Counted from the first letter of the stretch, positions 44,525 to 56,949 are shown. The stretch is 64,000 bases of DNA from Candidatus Sulfotelmatobacter sp. (GCA_052326105.1 JBKQRC010000002.1:11178-75177); one strand, 5' to 3'. Numbers and translations are program-made. The notes: generated by a model from the letters alone, not told the origin.

Positions 44525-46402
44525 GTGGTAGGGCGAATCTTCAACGACCCGCGCGGATCAGGTAGCGACCTCTTGTTCTCTTCACGCCGCATCTTTTTGA
44601 AATCTCTCAGCCATTCGGCTCTTGTGCTTTCGCTCGAAAGCGTGCTGGCGCTGGCTCGTCCACGCAGGTTGCTGGCTGGTCCGCGGCCACAGCAAAAGAC
44701 TCCCTCCAAGGAAGACCCGGCGCAGAAAGCCGATCTGGGCGTCAGCTTCGTCAACGTTGCCCGCGAATCCGGGCTGAACGTTAAGACCATCTTCGGTGGA
44801 GAGCACAAGAACAAGTACCTGCTCGAAACCACCGGATGCGGCGTCGCCTTCTACGATTACGACAACGACGGGTGGCTGGACATATTTCTTGTGAACGGTT
44901 CGCGCCTGGAAGGTTTTCCGGCCGGCAGTGAACCCACTTCGCACCTGTTTCGCAACAATCGTGACGGCACATTCACCGATGTCACTGCGAAAGCCGGTTT
45001 GATGCATTTCGGCTGGGGACAAGGCGTTTGCGTGGGCGACTACGACAACGATGGCTGGGATGACCTGTTCGTTACGTACTTCGGCAAGAACGTCCTCTAT
45101 CACAACAACGGTGATGGCACGTTCACTGACGTCAGCGAGAAGGCAGGCGTGGCGGGCAAGAGCACGCGATGGAACACCGGCTGCGCCTTCGTTGACTATG
45201 ACCGCGACGGCCGCCTGGATCTTTTTGTCGCCAACTATATTGACTTCGATCTGGCCACCGCTCCCGTGCCCGAATCGGGCCCATGCCTGTACAAGGGCTC
45301 TATGGTCGCGTGTGGACCGCCGGGCCTCAAGGGTGGGAAGAACATCCTCTACCACAACAACGGCGACGGCACCTTCACCGACGTTTCCGAGGCTTCGGGG
45401 ATACTTCGCACCGAAAGCACGTTCGGCCTGGGCGTGCTCACCGCCGATCTCGACAACGACGGCTGGCCTGACATCTACGTGGCCAACGATTCTGCCCCGA
45501 GCGCGCTCTACCAGAACAAGAAGAACGGCAAGTTCGAGGATATCGCCATCGAAGCTGGTTGCGCCCTCAGCCCCGATGGCAAGCCACAGGCCGGCATGGG
45601 TGTTTCCGCCGCTGACTATGACCTCGACGGCAATCTTGACCTCGTCAAAACCAACTTTGCCGGCGACACGCCTTCCCTCTATCACAATCAGGGCGGAGCG
45701 AGTTTCGAAGACGTCACCTTCACGGCGGGTCTGGGCACCCACACGCAATTCTTGGGATGGGGCTGCGGCTTTTTCGATATGGATAACGACGGCTGGGCCG
45801 ACATTTTGATCTGCAACGGCCACGTCTATCCCGAAGTCGACCAGATCAAAGGCGAAGCAGGATATGCCCAGCGCAAACTGCTTTACCAGAATCTGCACGA
45901 CGGCCGTTTCGCGGACGTGTCCCTGCAGGCGGGGCCGGGGATTTCCCAGCCGGCTCCGTCGCGCGGCGCGGCCTTCGGCGATTTCGACAACGACGGCGAC
46001 ATTGATGTCGTCATTAACACCATCAACGACTGCCCGCAACTTCTGCGCTGCGACGCCAAACTCGACAACAATTGGATCAAGATTCGCACCATTGGGACGA
46101 AGTCAAACCGCAGCGGAATCGGCGCCCGCTTGATGTGCCTCACCCGTCCTCGCGGAGAATCCAACCCGCACCAGCAGATCGATGAAGTCCGCAGCGGCGG
46201 CGGCTATTTCTCGCAGAATGATCTGCGAGTTCACTTCGGCCTGGGGAAAGCCGAGAAAGTGGACGTGCTCGAGATTCGCTGGCCCAGCGGCCAGGTCGAT
46301 ACGCTGAAAGACGTCAAGGCAAACCAGTTGATTTTCGTCAGAGAAGGCCAGGGCATTATCCGCACCATGCAGTTCGCGAAAAACCCCAATTCCGGCAAGT
46401 AA
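44525..46402 (+). CDS. CRTAC1/ASPIC-UnbV family protein with FG-GAP/VCBS repeats
   Basis: Tat-like SRRIFLKSLSHSAL, repeated DYDNDGW.D.F..N motifs, and a C-terminal ASPIC/UnbV pattern (RSGGGYFSQNDLRVHFGLG...VEIRWPSG). Confidence 0.88.
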   Translation: MVGRIFNDPRGSGSDLLFSSRRIFLKSLSHSALVLSLESVLALARPRRLLAGPRPQQKTPSKEDPAQKADLGVSFVNVARESGLNVKTIFGGEHKNKYLLETTGCGVAFYDYDNDGWLDIFLVNGSRLEGFPAGSEPTSHLFRNNRDGTFTDVTAKAGLMHFGWGQGVCVGDYDNDGWDDLFVTYFGKNVLYHNNGDGTFTDVSEKAGVAGKSTRWNTGCAFVDYDRDGRLDLFVANYIDFDLATAPVPESGPCLYKGSMVACGPPGLKGGKNILYHNNGDGTFTDVSEASGILRTESTFGLGVLTADLDNDGWPDIYVANDSAPSALYQNKKNGKFEDIAIEAGCALSPDGKPQAGMGVSAADYDLDGNLDLVKTNFAGDTPSLYHNQGGASFEDVTFTAGLGTHTQFLGWGCGFFDMDNDGWADILICNGHVYPEVDQIKGEAGYAQRKLLYQNLHDGRFADVSLQAGPGISQPAPSRGAAFGDFDNDGDIDVVINTINDCPQLLRCDAKLDNNWIKIRTIGTKSNRSGIGARLMCLTRPRGESNPHQQIDEVRSGGGYFSQNDLRVHFGLGKAEKVDVLEIRWPSGQVDTLKDVKANQLIFVREGQGIIRTMQFAKNPNSGK

Positions 46403-46550
46403 ATTCCTCCGCGTCCTCCGCGGTTTTTCTCTGCGAACTCTGCGATTTCGGCCTTCTGCTGACTTCGGCCATGACGAAATTCGACCCGAGGCTTTATCAT
46501 GTCTTACCCCCCAGGGGCAACGGAAACTAGATGCCCCCGATTGGCGGCCT

Positions 46551-47507
46551 ATGGCTTCAATTCAGGAATCTGTCGCGCTTTCGTCCACTTCACGTCCAGC
46601 TGCTGCGGACACGGTTGAACTGACCGGCGTTTCGAAGAGCTACGGTGACTTTGTCGCCGTGGATAGCCTTTCCTTCTCGATCCAGCCGGGCGGAATCTAC
46701 GGCCTGCTCGGACCCAACGGAGCCGGAAAGACCAGCACCCTGCGCATGATGATCGGCATCATCGTTCCCGACTCCGGGCAGATTTCCATCTTCGGTGAAC
46801 CTCTCACTCGCGCTCATATGGACAGGTTCGGCTATCTGCCCGAAGAGCGCGGCCTGTACCGCAAGATGAAAGTACTGGAACACCTTGTCTTGCTTGGCCA
46901 GTTAAAAGGGCTCACCGGCGCCGAGGCCACGAAGCGGGCGCAGAGTTGGTGCGAGCGCTTCGAACTAACTGCCTGGACGGGGAAGAAGGTGGAAGAACTT
47001 TCCAAGGGTATGCAGCAGAAGGTACAGTTCATCGGCGCGATTCTTCATGATCCGAGACTGGTCATCATGGACGAACCCTTTGCGGGGCTTGATCCCGCCA
47101 ACGCCGTGGCGCTGAAAGATGTTCTGCTCGAATTGGCAAAAAAAGGAAAAACCATCCTGTTGTCAACCCACCGCATGGATCAGGTGGAACGATTGTGCCA
47201 GTCGATTTGTCTCATCAATCATGGACGCGCTGTCCTCGAAGGCGATCTGAATCAGATCAAGGCGAGATATGGCCGCCGCAATGTCCAGATCAAATACGAC
47301 GGGGATGCGCGCTTCCTGCAAGAACCCAGGCTGGTGCAGTCGTTCAACGATTACGGCAACTATGTGGAAGCGCGGCTGGCGCCGGGCGCCGACGCGCAGG
47401 AGTTCCTGCACCTGGCGTCTTCGTGCGCGAAGTTGAGCAAGTTCGAACTGATGGAACCCTCGCTGGAAGAAATTTTCATCGACGTGGTGGGTAAACCGAA
47501 TGCGTAA
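46551..47507 (+). CDS. ABC transporter ATP-binding protein (NatA-like)
   Basis: Walker A GPNGAGKTS, signature LSKGMQQK, Walker B VIMDEP. Confidence 0.92.
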   Translation: MASIQESVALSSTSRPAAADTVELTGVSKSYGDFVAVDSLSFSIQPGGIYGLLGPNGAGKTSTLRMMIGIIVPDSGQISIFGEPLTRAHMDRFGYLPEERGLYRKMKVLEHLVLLGQLKGLTGAEATKRAQSWCERFELTAWTGKKVEELSKGMQQKVQFIGAILHDPRLVIMDEPFAGLDPANAVALKDVLLELAKKGKTILLSTHRMDQVERLCQSICLINHGRAVLEGDLNQIKARYGRRNVQIKYDGDARFLQEPRLVQSFNDYGNYVEARLAPGADAQEFLHLASSCAKLSKFELMEPSLEEIFIDVVGKPNA

Positions 47508-48801
47508 TACCTGGCTGATTTTGAAACGAGAATATCTGCAACGCGTGCGCACCCGCTCCTTTCTTGTGCTCACCGTGTTGTTGCCCGCCATCATGACAGT
47601 GCTGATGGCTCTCCCCGCAAAACTCGCGGTCATGGGGCTGAAGGCACAGCATCTCGTGATCGTCGCGTCGACCGGGCAGTTTGGCGAAACCGTCCGCCAG
47701 CAACTTCTGGCCGCCCCCAGTGACGACGAGGACGACGATACAGACCGCGCCGAGAGCAGCACGAAACAGAAACCCGAAGACCAATACATCGTCGACGTGG
47801 ACGTCAATCCCACGGAGGCTGAGCGCGCCGCTTTGCGGGACAAGGTGAGCACACGTTTGATCGATGGTTACTTATGGCTCACCGACGATGCCATCGCAGC
47901 CCGCAAAATCACGTGGTACAGCCGTGAGATGATGCCATTTCGCGAGCGATCGTGGTTCAGCGAGGCCGTCAGCCGCGTCGTACAGCAGCGGGAACTTTCC
48001 AGCAAAGGCATGACCGCAGCCCAAGCCGATCAGATGCTTCGGCCGGTTAAAGTGAAGCCGGTTCGCATCGAACGCGGGAAGGAGGCCAAGGGGAGCGGCA
48101 CCGGGCACTTTCTGGAGATCGTCGTAATGGTCATGCTGCTCTACATGGCCGTACTTTTCTACGGAATCTCGGTGATGCGCTCCGTGCTGGAAGAAAAGAC
48201 TTCGCGCATCATAGAGGTGCTGCTCTCCTCCGCCAGTTCGACCGAGTTGATGGCCGGCAAACTGCTCGGGGTCGGCGCAGTTGGTTTGACCCAGATTCTA
48301 GTCTGGGCCGTGATGGCTGGGCTCATTGCTCTGCCCTCACTGGCAGCGCAGCCCAATCTCAGCGAGCTAGCGATCTCACCGTGGGTGATGGCTGCCTTTG
48401 CTCTTTTCTTTCTTCTCGGATACCTGCTCTACAGCACCATGTATGCAACCATCGGGGCCATCACCACCACCGAGCAGGAAGGCCAGCAGTTGCAATTCCT
48501 GATCGTGATTCCGCTCGTGCTTTCGGTGTTCATGCTGATGCCGGTGATCCGCACGCCCGACTCGGCCGCGGTCGTCTGGATGTCGATGATTCCCTTCTTC
48601 GCGCCTATCCTGATGTACGCGCGCATCGTGGTGCAAACCCCGCCCCTGTGGCAGATTGCGCTGTCACTCGGTTTGCTGATCGCAACCGTATGGGGCCTTC
48701 TCATCTTCTGCGCCCGCATCTACCGCATCGGCGTGCTCATTTATGGCAAGCGCCCCAATCTGCCCGAAATCCTGAAGTGGTTGAAATACGCGAAGGCGTG
48801 A
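47500..48801 (+). CDS. ABC-2 type transporter permease (NatB-like)
   Basis: 433 aa. It has an N-terminal TM helix, a large extracytoplasmic loop and 5 C-terminal TM helices. It overlaps the ATPase gene by 8 nt. Confidence 0.85.
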   Translation: MRNTWLILKREYLQRVRTRSFLVLTVLLPAIMTVLMALPAKLAVMGLKAQHLVIVASTGQFGETVRQQLLAAPSDDEDDDTDRAESSTKQKPEDQYIVDVDVNPTEAERAALRDKVSTRLIDGYLWLTDDAIAARKITWYSREMMPFRERSWFSEAVSRVVQQRELSSKGMTAAQADQMLRPVKVKPVRIERGKEAKGSGTGHFLEIVVMVMLLYMAVLFYGISVMRSVLEEKTSRIIEVLLSSASSTELMAGKLLGVGAVGLTQILVWAVMAGLIALPSLAAQPNLSELAISPWVMAAFALFFLLGYLLYSTMYATIGAITTTEQEGQQLQFLIVIPLVLSVFMLMPVIRTPDSAAVVWMSMIPFFAPILMYARIVVQTPPLWQIALSLGLLIATVWGLLIFCARIYRIGVLIYGKRPNLPEILKWLKYAKA

Positions 48802-48804
48802 GGC

Positions 48805-48882
48805 AGGTCTGGGGTGTTAGGTGTTGGGTCTGAGGTCCGGGGTCTGAGGTCCGAAGTCCGAGGTCTGCGGACCGAAGTCTGA
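48805..48882. repeat. short-period (about 8 bp) tandem repeat, motif gaggtc(t/c)g
   Basis: ggtctggggtgttaggtgttgggtctgaggtccggggtctgaggtccgaagtccgaggtctgcggaccgaagtctga. The same motif occurs inside the mtaB-like gene at about 8030-8066. Confidence 0.8.
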
Positions 48883-48890
48883 TCTCAACC

Positions 48891-48920
48891 AAAAACGGCA
48901 GGGCCGACCCCCTGCCGTTT
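48891..48920 (-). terminator. rho-independent terminator for the HU gene (possibly bidirectional)
   Basis: Stem cggcaggg / ccctgccg with a 6-nt loop. On the minus strand it is followed by TTTTT; on the plus strand by TTT only. Confidence 0.6.
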
Positions 48921-48948
48921 CCCACGATCTTGGAATTATCTTCTGGCC

Positions 48949-49227
48949 TTATTTCTTATTTACAGCCTTCTTGAGTTCGGCCCCAGGGGTAAACTTCGCG
49001 ACTCTGCGGGCAGCGATCTTGATAGTGGCGCCGGTTTGCGGGTTGCGCCCGTTCCGTGCCTTTCTTTGCGACACGGAGAACGTGCCGAAGCCTATCAAAG
49101 CCACCCGATCTCCTTTGCGAAGAGCGGAGGTAACGCTGTCCACGGCAGTATCAATCGCAGTCGTGGCCTGCGCCTTGCTGATTTCACACGCGCCTGCGAT
49201 CTTGTCAACCAGATCGGCCTTGTTCAT
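48949..49227 (-). CDS. HU-family DNA-binding protein
   Basis: MNKADLVDKIAGACEISKAQATTAIDTAVDSVTSALRKGDRVALIGFGTFSVSQRKARNGRNPQTGATIKI. GGAG RBS is present. The longer ORF-track N-terminus (to 49524) is rejected. Confidence 0.93.
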   Translation of the reverse strand: MNKADLVDKIAGACEISKAQATTAIDTAVDSVTSALRKGDRVALIGFGTFSVSQRKARNGRNPQTGATIKIAARRVAKFTPGAELKKAVNKK

Positions 49228-49572
49228 AGTTTCTCCTCGCAGGTCTCTTTCGTTCCCAGCCTGCACCGGGAGGAAAATTGGCTTGGGCTGAGTTGGGAAA
49301 CCTGACCGTTCGTATTGTGCTCCCTCTGCGGCGAATGTCAACTGTGAAAATCCGCGCTGGAAGCCTGTTCTGCAATTACTAGGCCCGAAATGGGCCGACC
49401 CAGGTGGTTTTTCGCCTGCCGGGGAAGGTTTTCCAACGCCCTCCACAGGCCGCGCGGTTCCTTCACAGGATGTACACAGGCCGCCAGCCTTTCTGGCTTG
49501 CGCAAGATGTACCTTCGGGTGCAAAGTCGAAATGTAGGAGTTTGGCAGGTCTCAGTCGGCGGAAATGGTCGT

Positions 49573-49619
49573 GCAGGGACAGCCGCCCTCGGCTGTCCGG
49601 TCGAGTGAAACTCGACGGG
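49573..49619 (+). repeat. Family A hairpin repeat
   Basis: gcagggacagccgccctcggctgtccggtcgagtgaaactcgacggg. Confidence 0.8.
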
Positions 49620-49682
49620 TGCGCGTCAGGAGAGTCGAGACTCAGATACTGTCTGATTTCTCAGTCGAAGGTAGGGTCCCAG

Positions 49683-50474
49683 GTGATCAAGGCTCCCGCG
49701 GAAGTATGCCCTCTTTGTGAAGGTACAGGCTGGAAAACCGTGCCCAGCAACGGCGCCGGCCGCAGCACCAGCGAGCGCCGCGTAACCCGCTGCGACTGCC
49801 AGTTGCGGGCGCGGGCGCAGTCGCTGCTGGCCGCGGCCCGCATTCCGCGCCGCTACGAACACTGCGAACTGGCGAACTATGACACCGATTTCCCCGGCGC
49901 CGATCCCTCGCTGGCAGAGGGTCATTTCGTAGCCTCCAGCTTCGCGAAAAAGTGCGATCCGCGGGGCGATAAGGGCCTGCTGATCATCGGCCAAATCGGC
50001 ACCGGCAAGACTCACCTGGCGGTTGGCATCATCAAGGAACTGATCCTGGACCGGGGCATCTCGTGCCTGTTTTACGACTATCGCGAGCTGCTGAAGGAGA
50101 TTCAGAACTCTTACAACTCGGCGGTGCAGACGACGGAACTGGACGTTCTCCGGCCCGTGTTCGAAACCGACGTTCTGGTGCTTGACGAACTCGGCGCCGT
50201 CAAGCCCACAGAATGGGTGTGGGACACGGTCAGCCTCATCCTGAACACGCGCTACAACGATAATCGCACCACCATCATCACTACGAATTTTGAGGATCAG
50301 CCGGCGGCGGCCGTTGCCGGCTCGATCTCGCTCGCAAGGGCCGCGGGGCGCGGCGAGACTCTGGGCGATCGCATCGGGGAGCGCATGCGCTCCCGCCTGC
50401 ACGAGATGTGCCGCATCGTCACCCTCGACGGCGCCGATTTCCGCCAGAAATACCGCAGCGCCAGCTTCCGGTAA
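49683..50474 (+). CDS. DnaC/DnaI/IstB-like AAA+ ATPase with N-terminal Cys-rich zinc-ribbon-like segment
   Basis: CPLCEGTGW...CDC followed by LLIIGQIGTGKTHLAVGI (Walker A), VLVLDELG (Walker B) and TIITTN. The start was taken at GTG 49683, because the upstream part of the track ORF is a Family A repeat. Confidence 0.72.
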   Translation: MIKAPAEVCPLCEGTGWKTVPSNGAGRSTSERRVTRCDCQLRARAQSLLAAARIPRRYEHCELANYDTDFPGADPSLAEGHFVASSFAKKCDPRGDKGLLIIGQIGTGKTHLAVGIIKELILDRGISCLFYDYRELLKEIQNSYNSAVQTTELDVLRPVFETDVLVLDELGAVKPTEWVWDTVSLILNTRYNDNRTTIITTNFEDQPAAAVAGSISLARAAGRGETLGDRIGERMRSRLHEMCRIVTLDGADFRQKYRSASFR

Positions 50475-50521
50475 CTTCTTCGCCGCAGATCAACGCGGAT
50501 TTACGCGGATCAAAACCACCC

Positions 50522-50607
50522 TTGTCATTCTGAGCGAAGCGAAGAACCTATGCATTCTTTGGCGCGAATAAAACTGCACGGGTCCTTCGCTGCGCTCAGG
50601 ATGACAA
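50522..50607. repeat. Family B palindromic repeat (ttgtcattctgagcgaagcgaagaacctatgca ... gtccttcgctgcgctcaggatgacaa)
   Basis: Inverted arms read directly. Same family as 14220-14328. Confidence 0.8.
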
Positions 50608-50764
50608 ATGCTTACTCCGTGCCTGCGTGTCGCTAGCCGCGTGTTCCTCTGCGTCCCGCGTAGTTCTTGGGTGGCGCAACGCAGCGCTACGATAAGCGGT
50701 GGTTGTCTTGTGGAAGATTTAAGCCGCTGATGTCTTGGGCCCGCAGTCCCACTAGAATGATCCT

Positions 50765-51919
50765 GTGCTGACCGAACGCCTGGAATTTACGCCTGAGGGC
50801 GACGCCGAGGTTTTTGCCGCGGTCCCTGCCGCCCCGGCGGTGTTTCTTCTGCGCGGAGCCGACGCCCAGTCCGAGCCCTACGTCAGCAAGACCGCCAATC
50901 TGCGGCGGCGACTGCAGCGTCTGCTCGGGCCAGTCGAAGAGCGCACAAAAAAGCTCAATCTTCGCGATCGCGTCCGCCTGATCGAATACACGCCAACCGG
51001 CTCCGATTTCGAATCCGGCTTTTTGCTCTATGCCGTGCTGCGAGGCGCCTTTCCCAAGACCTACTCAGCCCGCCTGCGCTTCCGCTTCGCGCCCCTGGTG
51101 AAGCTGCATCTCGAAAACGAATACCCCCGCGCCTCCATCACTACGCGGCTTGGCCGGCTCAGCGGACGTTCGCTCTACTACGGCCCGTTCGTCTCGCGCG
51201 TCGCCGCCGAGAAGTTCATGAACGACTCTCTTGACTTCTTCAAGATGCGCCGCTGTGTGGACGACCTGCATCCTGACCCGAAGTTCCCCGGCTGCATCTA
51301 TTCCGAAATGAAGATGTGCCTGGCTCCGTGCTTCAAAGGCTGCACTGACGAAGAGTACAGCGTGGAAGTGAACCGCGTTCAGGCCTACGTCGATTCCGCC
51401 GGCGACTCACTCCTCCGCCAGTTCTCAGCCGAACGCGAAGTCGCGTCTGCGAACCTGGCATTTGAGGAAGCTGCCACCATTCATGCGCGCGTGGAGAAAC
51501 TGAAGCCCGTCGTCAGCCAGCTTCCCGAGATCGTTCAGCGCCTCGACCGCATGTCCGCGCTCATGATTCAGCCCAGCCATCTCGCGGGATCGGTTGCCTT
51601 CTTCCGCATTACGAGCGGCCGAATCGCGGGGCCGATTCCGTTTGTGATTCAGGCCGCCGAACACGCCAAGTCACAATCTATGGAATCGCGAGTGCAGGAA
51701 GCGCTGAATTCTTCTCCCGCTGCGCCGGCGAAATCCGCTCTGGAAACAATGGAGCACCTGGCCCTGCTCAAGCGCTGGTATTACCGCGGCACGCGCACGG
51801 GAGAAATCTTCTTCGCTGACGCCAAAGGAGAGCTGCCCATGCGCCGCGTGGTTCGCGGCATTTCGCGCATCTTTCGCGGTGAGAAGCCGGAGGCGGAGCC
51901 ACTTCCGGAGCGATCCTGA
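50765..51919 (+). CDS. UvrC-N-terminal-like protein (degenerate GIY-YIG + Cys-rich + UVR motif), lacking the UvrC C-terminal half
   Basis: AVFLLRG...EPYVSKTANLRRRLQRL (GIY-YIG-like), YYGPF, CIYSEMKMCLAPCFKGC, and UVR-like ANLAFEEAATIHARVEKL. Only 384 aa, with no EndoV/HhH2 region. Confidence 0.7.
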   Translation: MLTERLEFTPEGDAEVFAAVPAAPAVFLLRGADAQSEPYVSKTANLRRRLQRLLGPVEERTKKLNLRDRVRLIEYTPTGSDFESGFLLYAVLRGAFPKTYSARLRFRFAPLVKLHLENEYPRASITTRLGRLSGRSLYYGPFVSRVAAEKFMNDSLDFFKMRRCVDDLHPDPKFPGCIYSEMKMCLAPCFKGCTDEEYSVEVNRVQAYVDSAGDSLLRQFSAEREVASANLAFEEAATIHARVEKLKPVVSQLPEIVQRLDRMSALMIQPSHLAGSVAFFRITSGRIAGPIPFVIQAAEHAKSQSMESRVQEALNSSPAAPAKSALETMEHLALLKRWYYRGTRTGEIFFADAKGELPMRRVVRGISRIFRGEKPEAEPLPERS

Positions 51920-52023
51920 ATCGTTACGCCAGCAAGAAGCTTCACCACAGAGGACACAGAGGACGCGAGGGAGAACGGGTCCCTCCCTGCCCTCATTGTC
52001 TTTTGTGGTTGAAGTTTTTGGCT

Positions 52024-53064
52024 CTATCCCTGCACTGTCGCTTCCGTGGCCTTCCATCCAAACCACCGCCGTCCCACCCAGCGCACCGCGCGCCACCCGA
52101 TTACCGTTGCCAGCACGATCGTCCCCAGCCACAACAGCACCGCTGGCAGGTAAAACAGAACCGATGTCATTGCGGTAGCGTAACTCGCCAAGCTATCCAG
52201 TCCAACGCGCAGGGCCAGCTTCAACTGATATAGCGGACGCCAGTTCAGTGCGAACACCTGCGCCTCGGCCTCCGATCGCAGCGAGATCGAGATGGCCACC
52301 GTCTCGATCTGCTGGGACAGCGCATTGAACTCCGCCTGCTGTTGCTCAATCTGCCCCCGCACCTCGCTCAGCTTTTCGCTGACCGCAAGCATGTCTTTCA
52401 CCGTGTGCGCCTGTTTCAGGATCGTCAGATACTGTGTTTCTTCCGCCCGCAGATTGCGCAGATTCGCGTCCTCATCCACGTACTGGCGCGTGACATCCTG
52501 CGCTTCAAGTTTTTCGTTCTCGACGCGCAGCGCCAGCTTGCGGATCTCCGCTCGCGCCTGGTCAAAGTGCGCCGCGGGCACACGCAGCGTCAGCATTTCC
52601 GCCGTCGCATTCTGTCCGCCGCCTCCCGCGCTCATCACGTAACCACCCAAACTCACGGCGATGGCCGTTATCCTGTCGGCCACTTCCGCCGGATGCTGCA
52701 CCACCATCTCGATCGAACTCGTGCGGATGATCTTCCGCCCGGCCCCGGCGTTCGGCTCGGTGTGCGGCGTCCGCCCCGCGGCCACGCCGGGATCAGCCTG
52801 GCCTGCCGGCTGATCCGCCGCCATGAGCGCGGTGGCGACTGCCGCAGGCTTCGCCTTCGTGGCGGGACGGTAGTACATGTTGCTCGCCAACCCAGTCTCC
52901 AAAGCGCGCTGCTGGGCGACTCTGCTCGACTCGTTTGCGGCCATCCGCGACCGCAGAAGGTTGGGTGTTGCTATCGCCGCCAGCAACACCGCACCCACAA
53001 TGGCGGCGACGATCCACAGCCATGGTTTCGCGCTAGCACGAACGGAATCTGCAATAGACGACAT
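52024..53064 (-). CDS. DUF4349-like membrane-anchored protein
   Basis: N-terminal TM helix, then IIRTSSIEMVVQHPAEVADRI...LTLRVPAAHFDQARAEI...coiled coil...and C-terminal TM helices. AAGGGGGA RBS precedes the ATG at 53064. Confidence 0.75.
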   Translation of the reverse strand: MSSIADSVRASAKPWLWIVAAIVGAVLLAAIATPNLLRSRMAANESSRVAQQRALETGLASNMYYRPATKAKPAAVATALMAADQPAGQADPGVAAGRTPHTEPNAGAGRKIIRTSSIEMVVQHPAEVADRITAIAVSLGGYVMSAGGGGQNATAEMLTLRVPAAHFDQARAEIRKLALRVENEKLEAQDVTRQYVDEDANLRNLRAEETQYLTILKQAHTVKDMLAVSEKLSEVRGQIEQQQAEFNALSQQIETVAISISLRSEAEAQVFALNWRPLYQLKLALRVGLDSLASYATAMTSVLFYLPAVLLWLGTIVLATVIGWRAVRWVGRRWFGWKATEATVQG

Positions 53065-53136
53065 GAGCGTTCCCCCTTTGAGAGAACGCCGAATCAGCGC
53101 GGTCTTGCGGCCGTTTCTCCTGGGCGATGCCCGAAG

Positions 53137-53170
53137 CAAAAAACGGGGCGGCCCGCGAAAGGCCGCCCCG
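53137..53170 (-). terminator. rho-independent terminator downstream of gyrB
   Basis: 10-bp GC stem cggggcggcc / ggccgccccg, followed on the minus strand by TTTTTT. Confidence 0.65.
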
Positions 53171-53209
53171 ATCTTTTGGTTTTATCCGCGTAAATCCGCG
53201 GCAAGGAAG

Positions 53210-56002
<2,793 letters not shown>

Positions 56003-56045
56003 TTATTGAAATTGCAAATACTTAGGACCGTTTCGGACTGTTTAG

Positions 56046-56054
56046 ATTATACCA
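56046..56054 (-). promoter_or_regulatory. possible extended -10 promoter element (TGGTATAAT on the minus strand) for gyrB
   Basis: It lies in the only clearly AT-rich patch of the window (about 55990-56070). I see no good -35 element. It would give a leader of roughly 150 nt. Confidence 0.3.
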
Positions 56055-56260
56055 CAAAACGAGCTTTTTTCGCCCTCCTCTAAGCCCTCGAATCGAGTGA
56101 GTAATGGGTGGATTTCTTGAAGGAACTAACGATGCCTCGGGGGAGTGTCCAGGAGCCGCTGTGCGGGTTCTTTCCGGTCGCCGTGGCGCTCTCGCATTTC
56201 TTTGAGTAAGATAGATTCCCTTCGCAAGATATTCCGCTCGTCCATTTTGAGGAGGCCTCT

Positions 56261-56833
56261 ATGGCGCAGCAGATTCCGTCCGGTATTGTGCGTTCAGCTT
56301 CGACATGGTCCATCGTATGGGGCGTTTCGCTCATCATCTTGGGCATGCTGGCGGTGGGATCGCCTTTTCTCGCCGCCGTCGCGGTCAACGCGGTACTCGC
56401 CTGGCTTATCGTTTTGGCAGGTGTGGTCCACTTGACCGTCGCTTTTCACACACGCGAAGCAGGCAGTCTGATCTGGAGACTGCTGGTAGGGCTCGCATAT
56501 ATCTGCTTTGGTGTGTACCTGATTGCGCGTCCAGCAGTGGGTGTGGCGTCGCTCACTTTAGTGCTGGCATCGCTCTTTCTGGTGGAGGGCATCCTGAACA
56601 TTATTTTGTTTTTCAGGACACGGTCAATCCGCGGATCCGGTTGGGTTTTGCTCGACGGGATCGTCACTCTGTTGTTGGGGCTGATGATCTACACCCAATG
56701 GCCGTCGAGTTCGGCCTGGGCGATCGGCACGCTGGTCGGCGTGAGCATGATCATCAGCGGCGTTACGCGGGTGATGGTATCCTTCGCGGTCCGCAAGGCA
56801 GCGGACACGATCGAGTCGAAATTGGCTGCTTAG
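56261..56833 (+). CDS. HdeD/DUF308-family membrane protein
   Basis: 190 aa, six TM helices with the repeated W..GV..I.LG pattern (WGVSLIILGMLAV..., WVLLDGIVTLLLGLMI). Confidence 0.78.
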   Translation: MAQQIPSGIVRSASTWSIVWGVSLIILGMLAVGSPFLAAVAVNAVLAWLIVLAGVVHLTVAFHTREAGSLIWRLLVGLAYICFGVYLIARPAVGVASLTLVLASLFLVEGILNIILFFRTRSIRGSGWVLLDGIVTLLLGLMIYTQWPSSSAWAIGTLVGVSMIISGVTRVMVSFAVRKAADTIESKLAA

Positions 56834-56949
56834 TGGGTCGGGGCAACACTTGGAAAAGCTCGCTCTCGCGACGCGAGGCAGAATGCGGCGCCTCGGGCTA
56901 AGTGTGCGCTGAGACCTGGCGTTGACCAAGCTGTACGGAGGAGGACGGC

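Noticed and set aside
44582-46039. 485-aa minus-strand ORF
   Set aside because: It is antisense to the CRTAC1/FG-GAP gene. It shows the repetitive V/A/G/R composition of a mirror frame.
48805-48882. Possible CRISPR array (also 8931-9005, 57684-57718)
   Set aside because: The repeat units are 7-15 bp and directly abutting with no spacers. There are no cas genes in the window.
49228-49524. N-terminal extension of the HU ORF to 191 aa
   Set aside because: Canonical HU begins at MNKADL with a GGAG RBS. The upstream part is non-conserved-looking and GC-skewed.
49404-49682. N-terminal extension of the DnaC-like ORF
   Set aside because: This stretch translates a Family A intergenic repeat (…RDSRPRLSGRVKLDG…). 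A GTG at 49683 with a purine-rich upstream region gives a sensible start before the zinc-ribbon.
49683-50474. IS21-type IstB helper ATPase / insertion sequence
   Set aside because: There is no IstA transposase or inverted repeats adjacent. The N-terminal zinc-ribbon and the chromosomal context favour a DnaC/DnaI-like loader.
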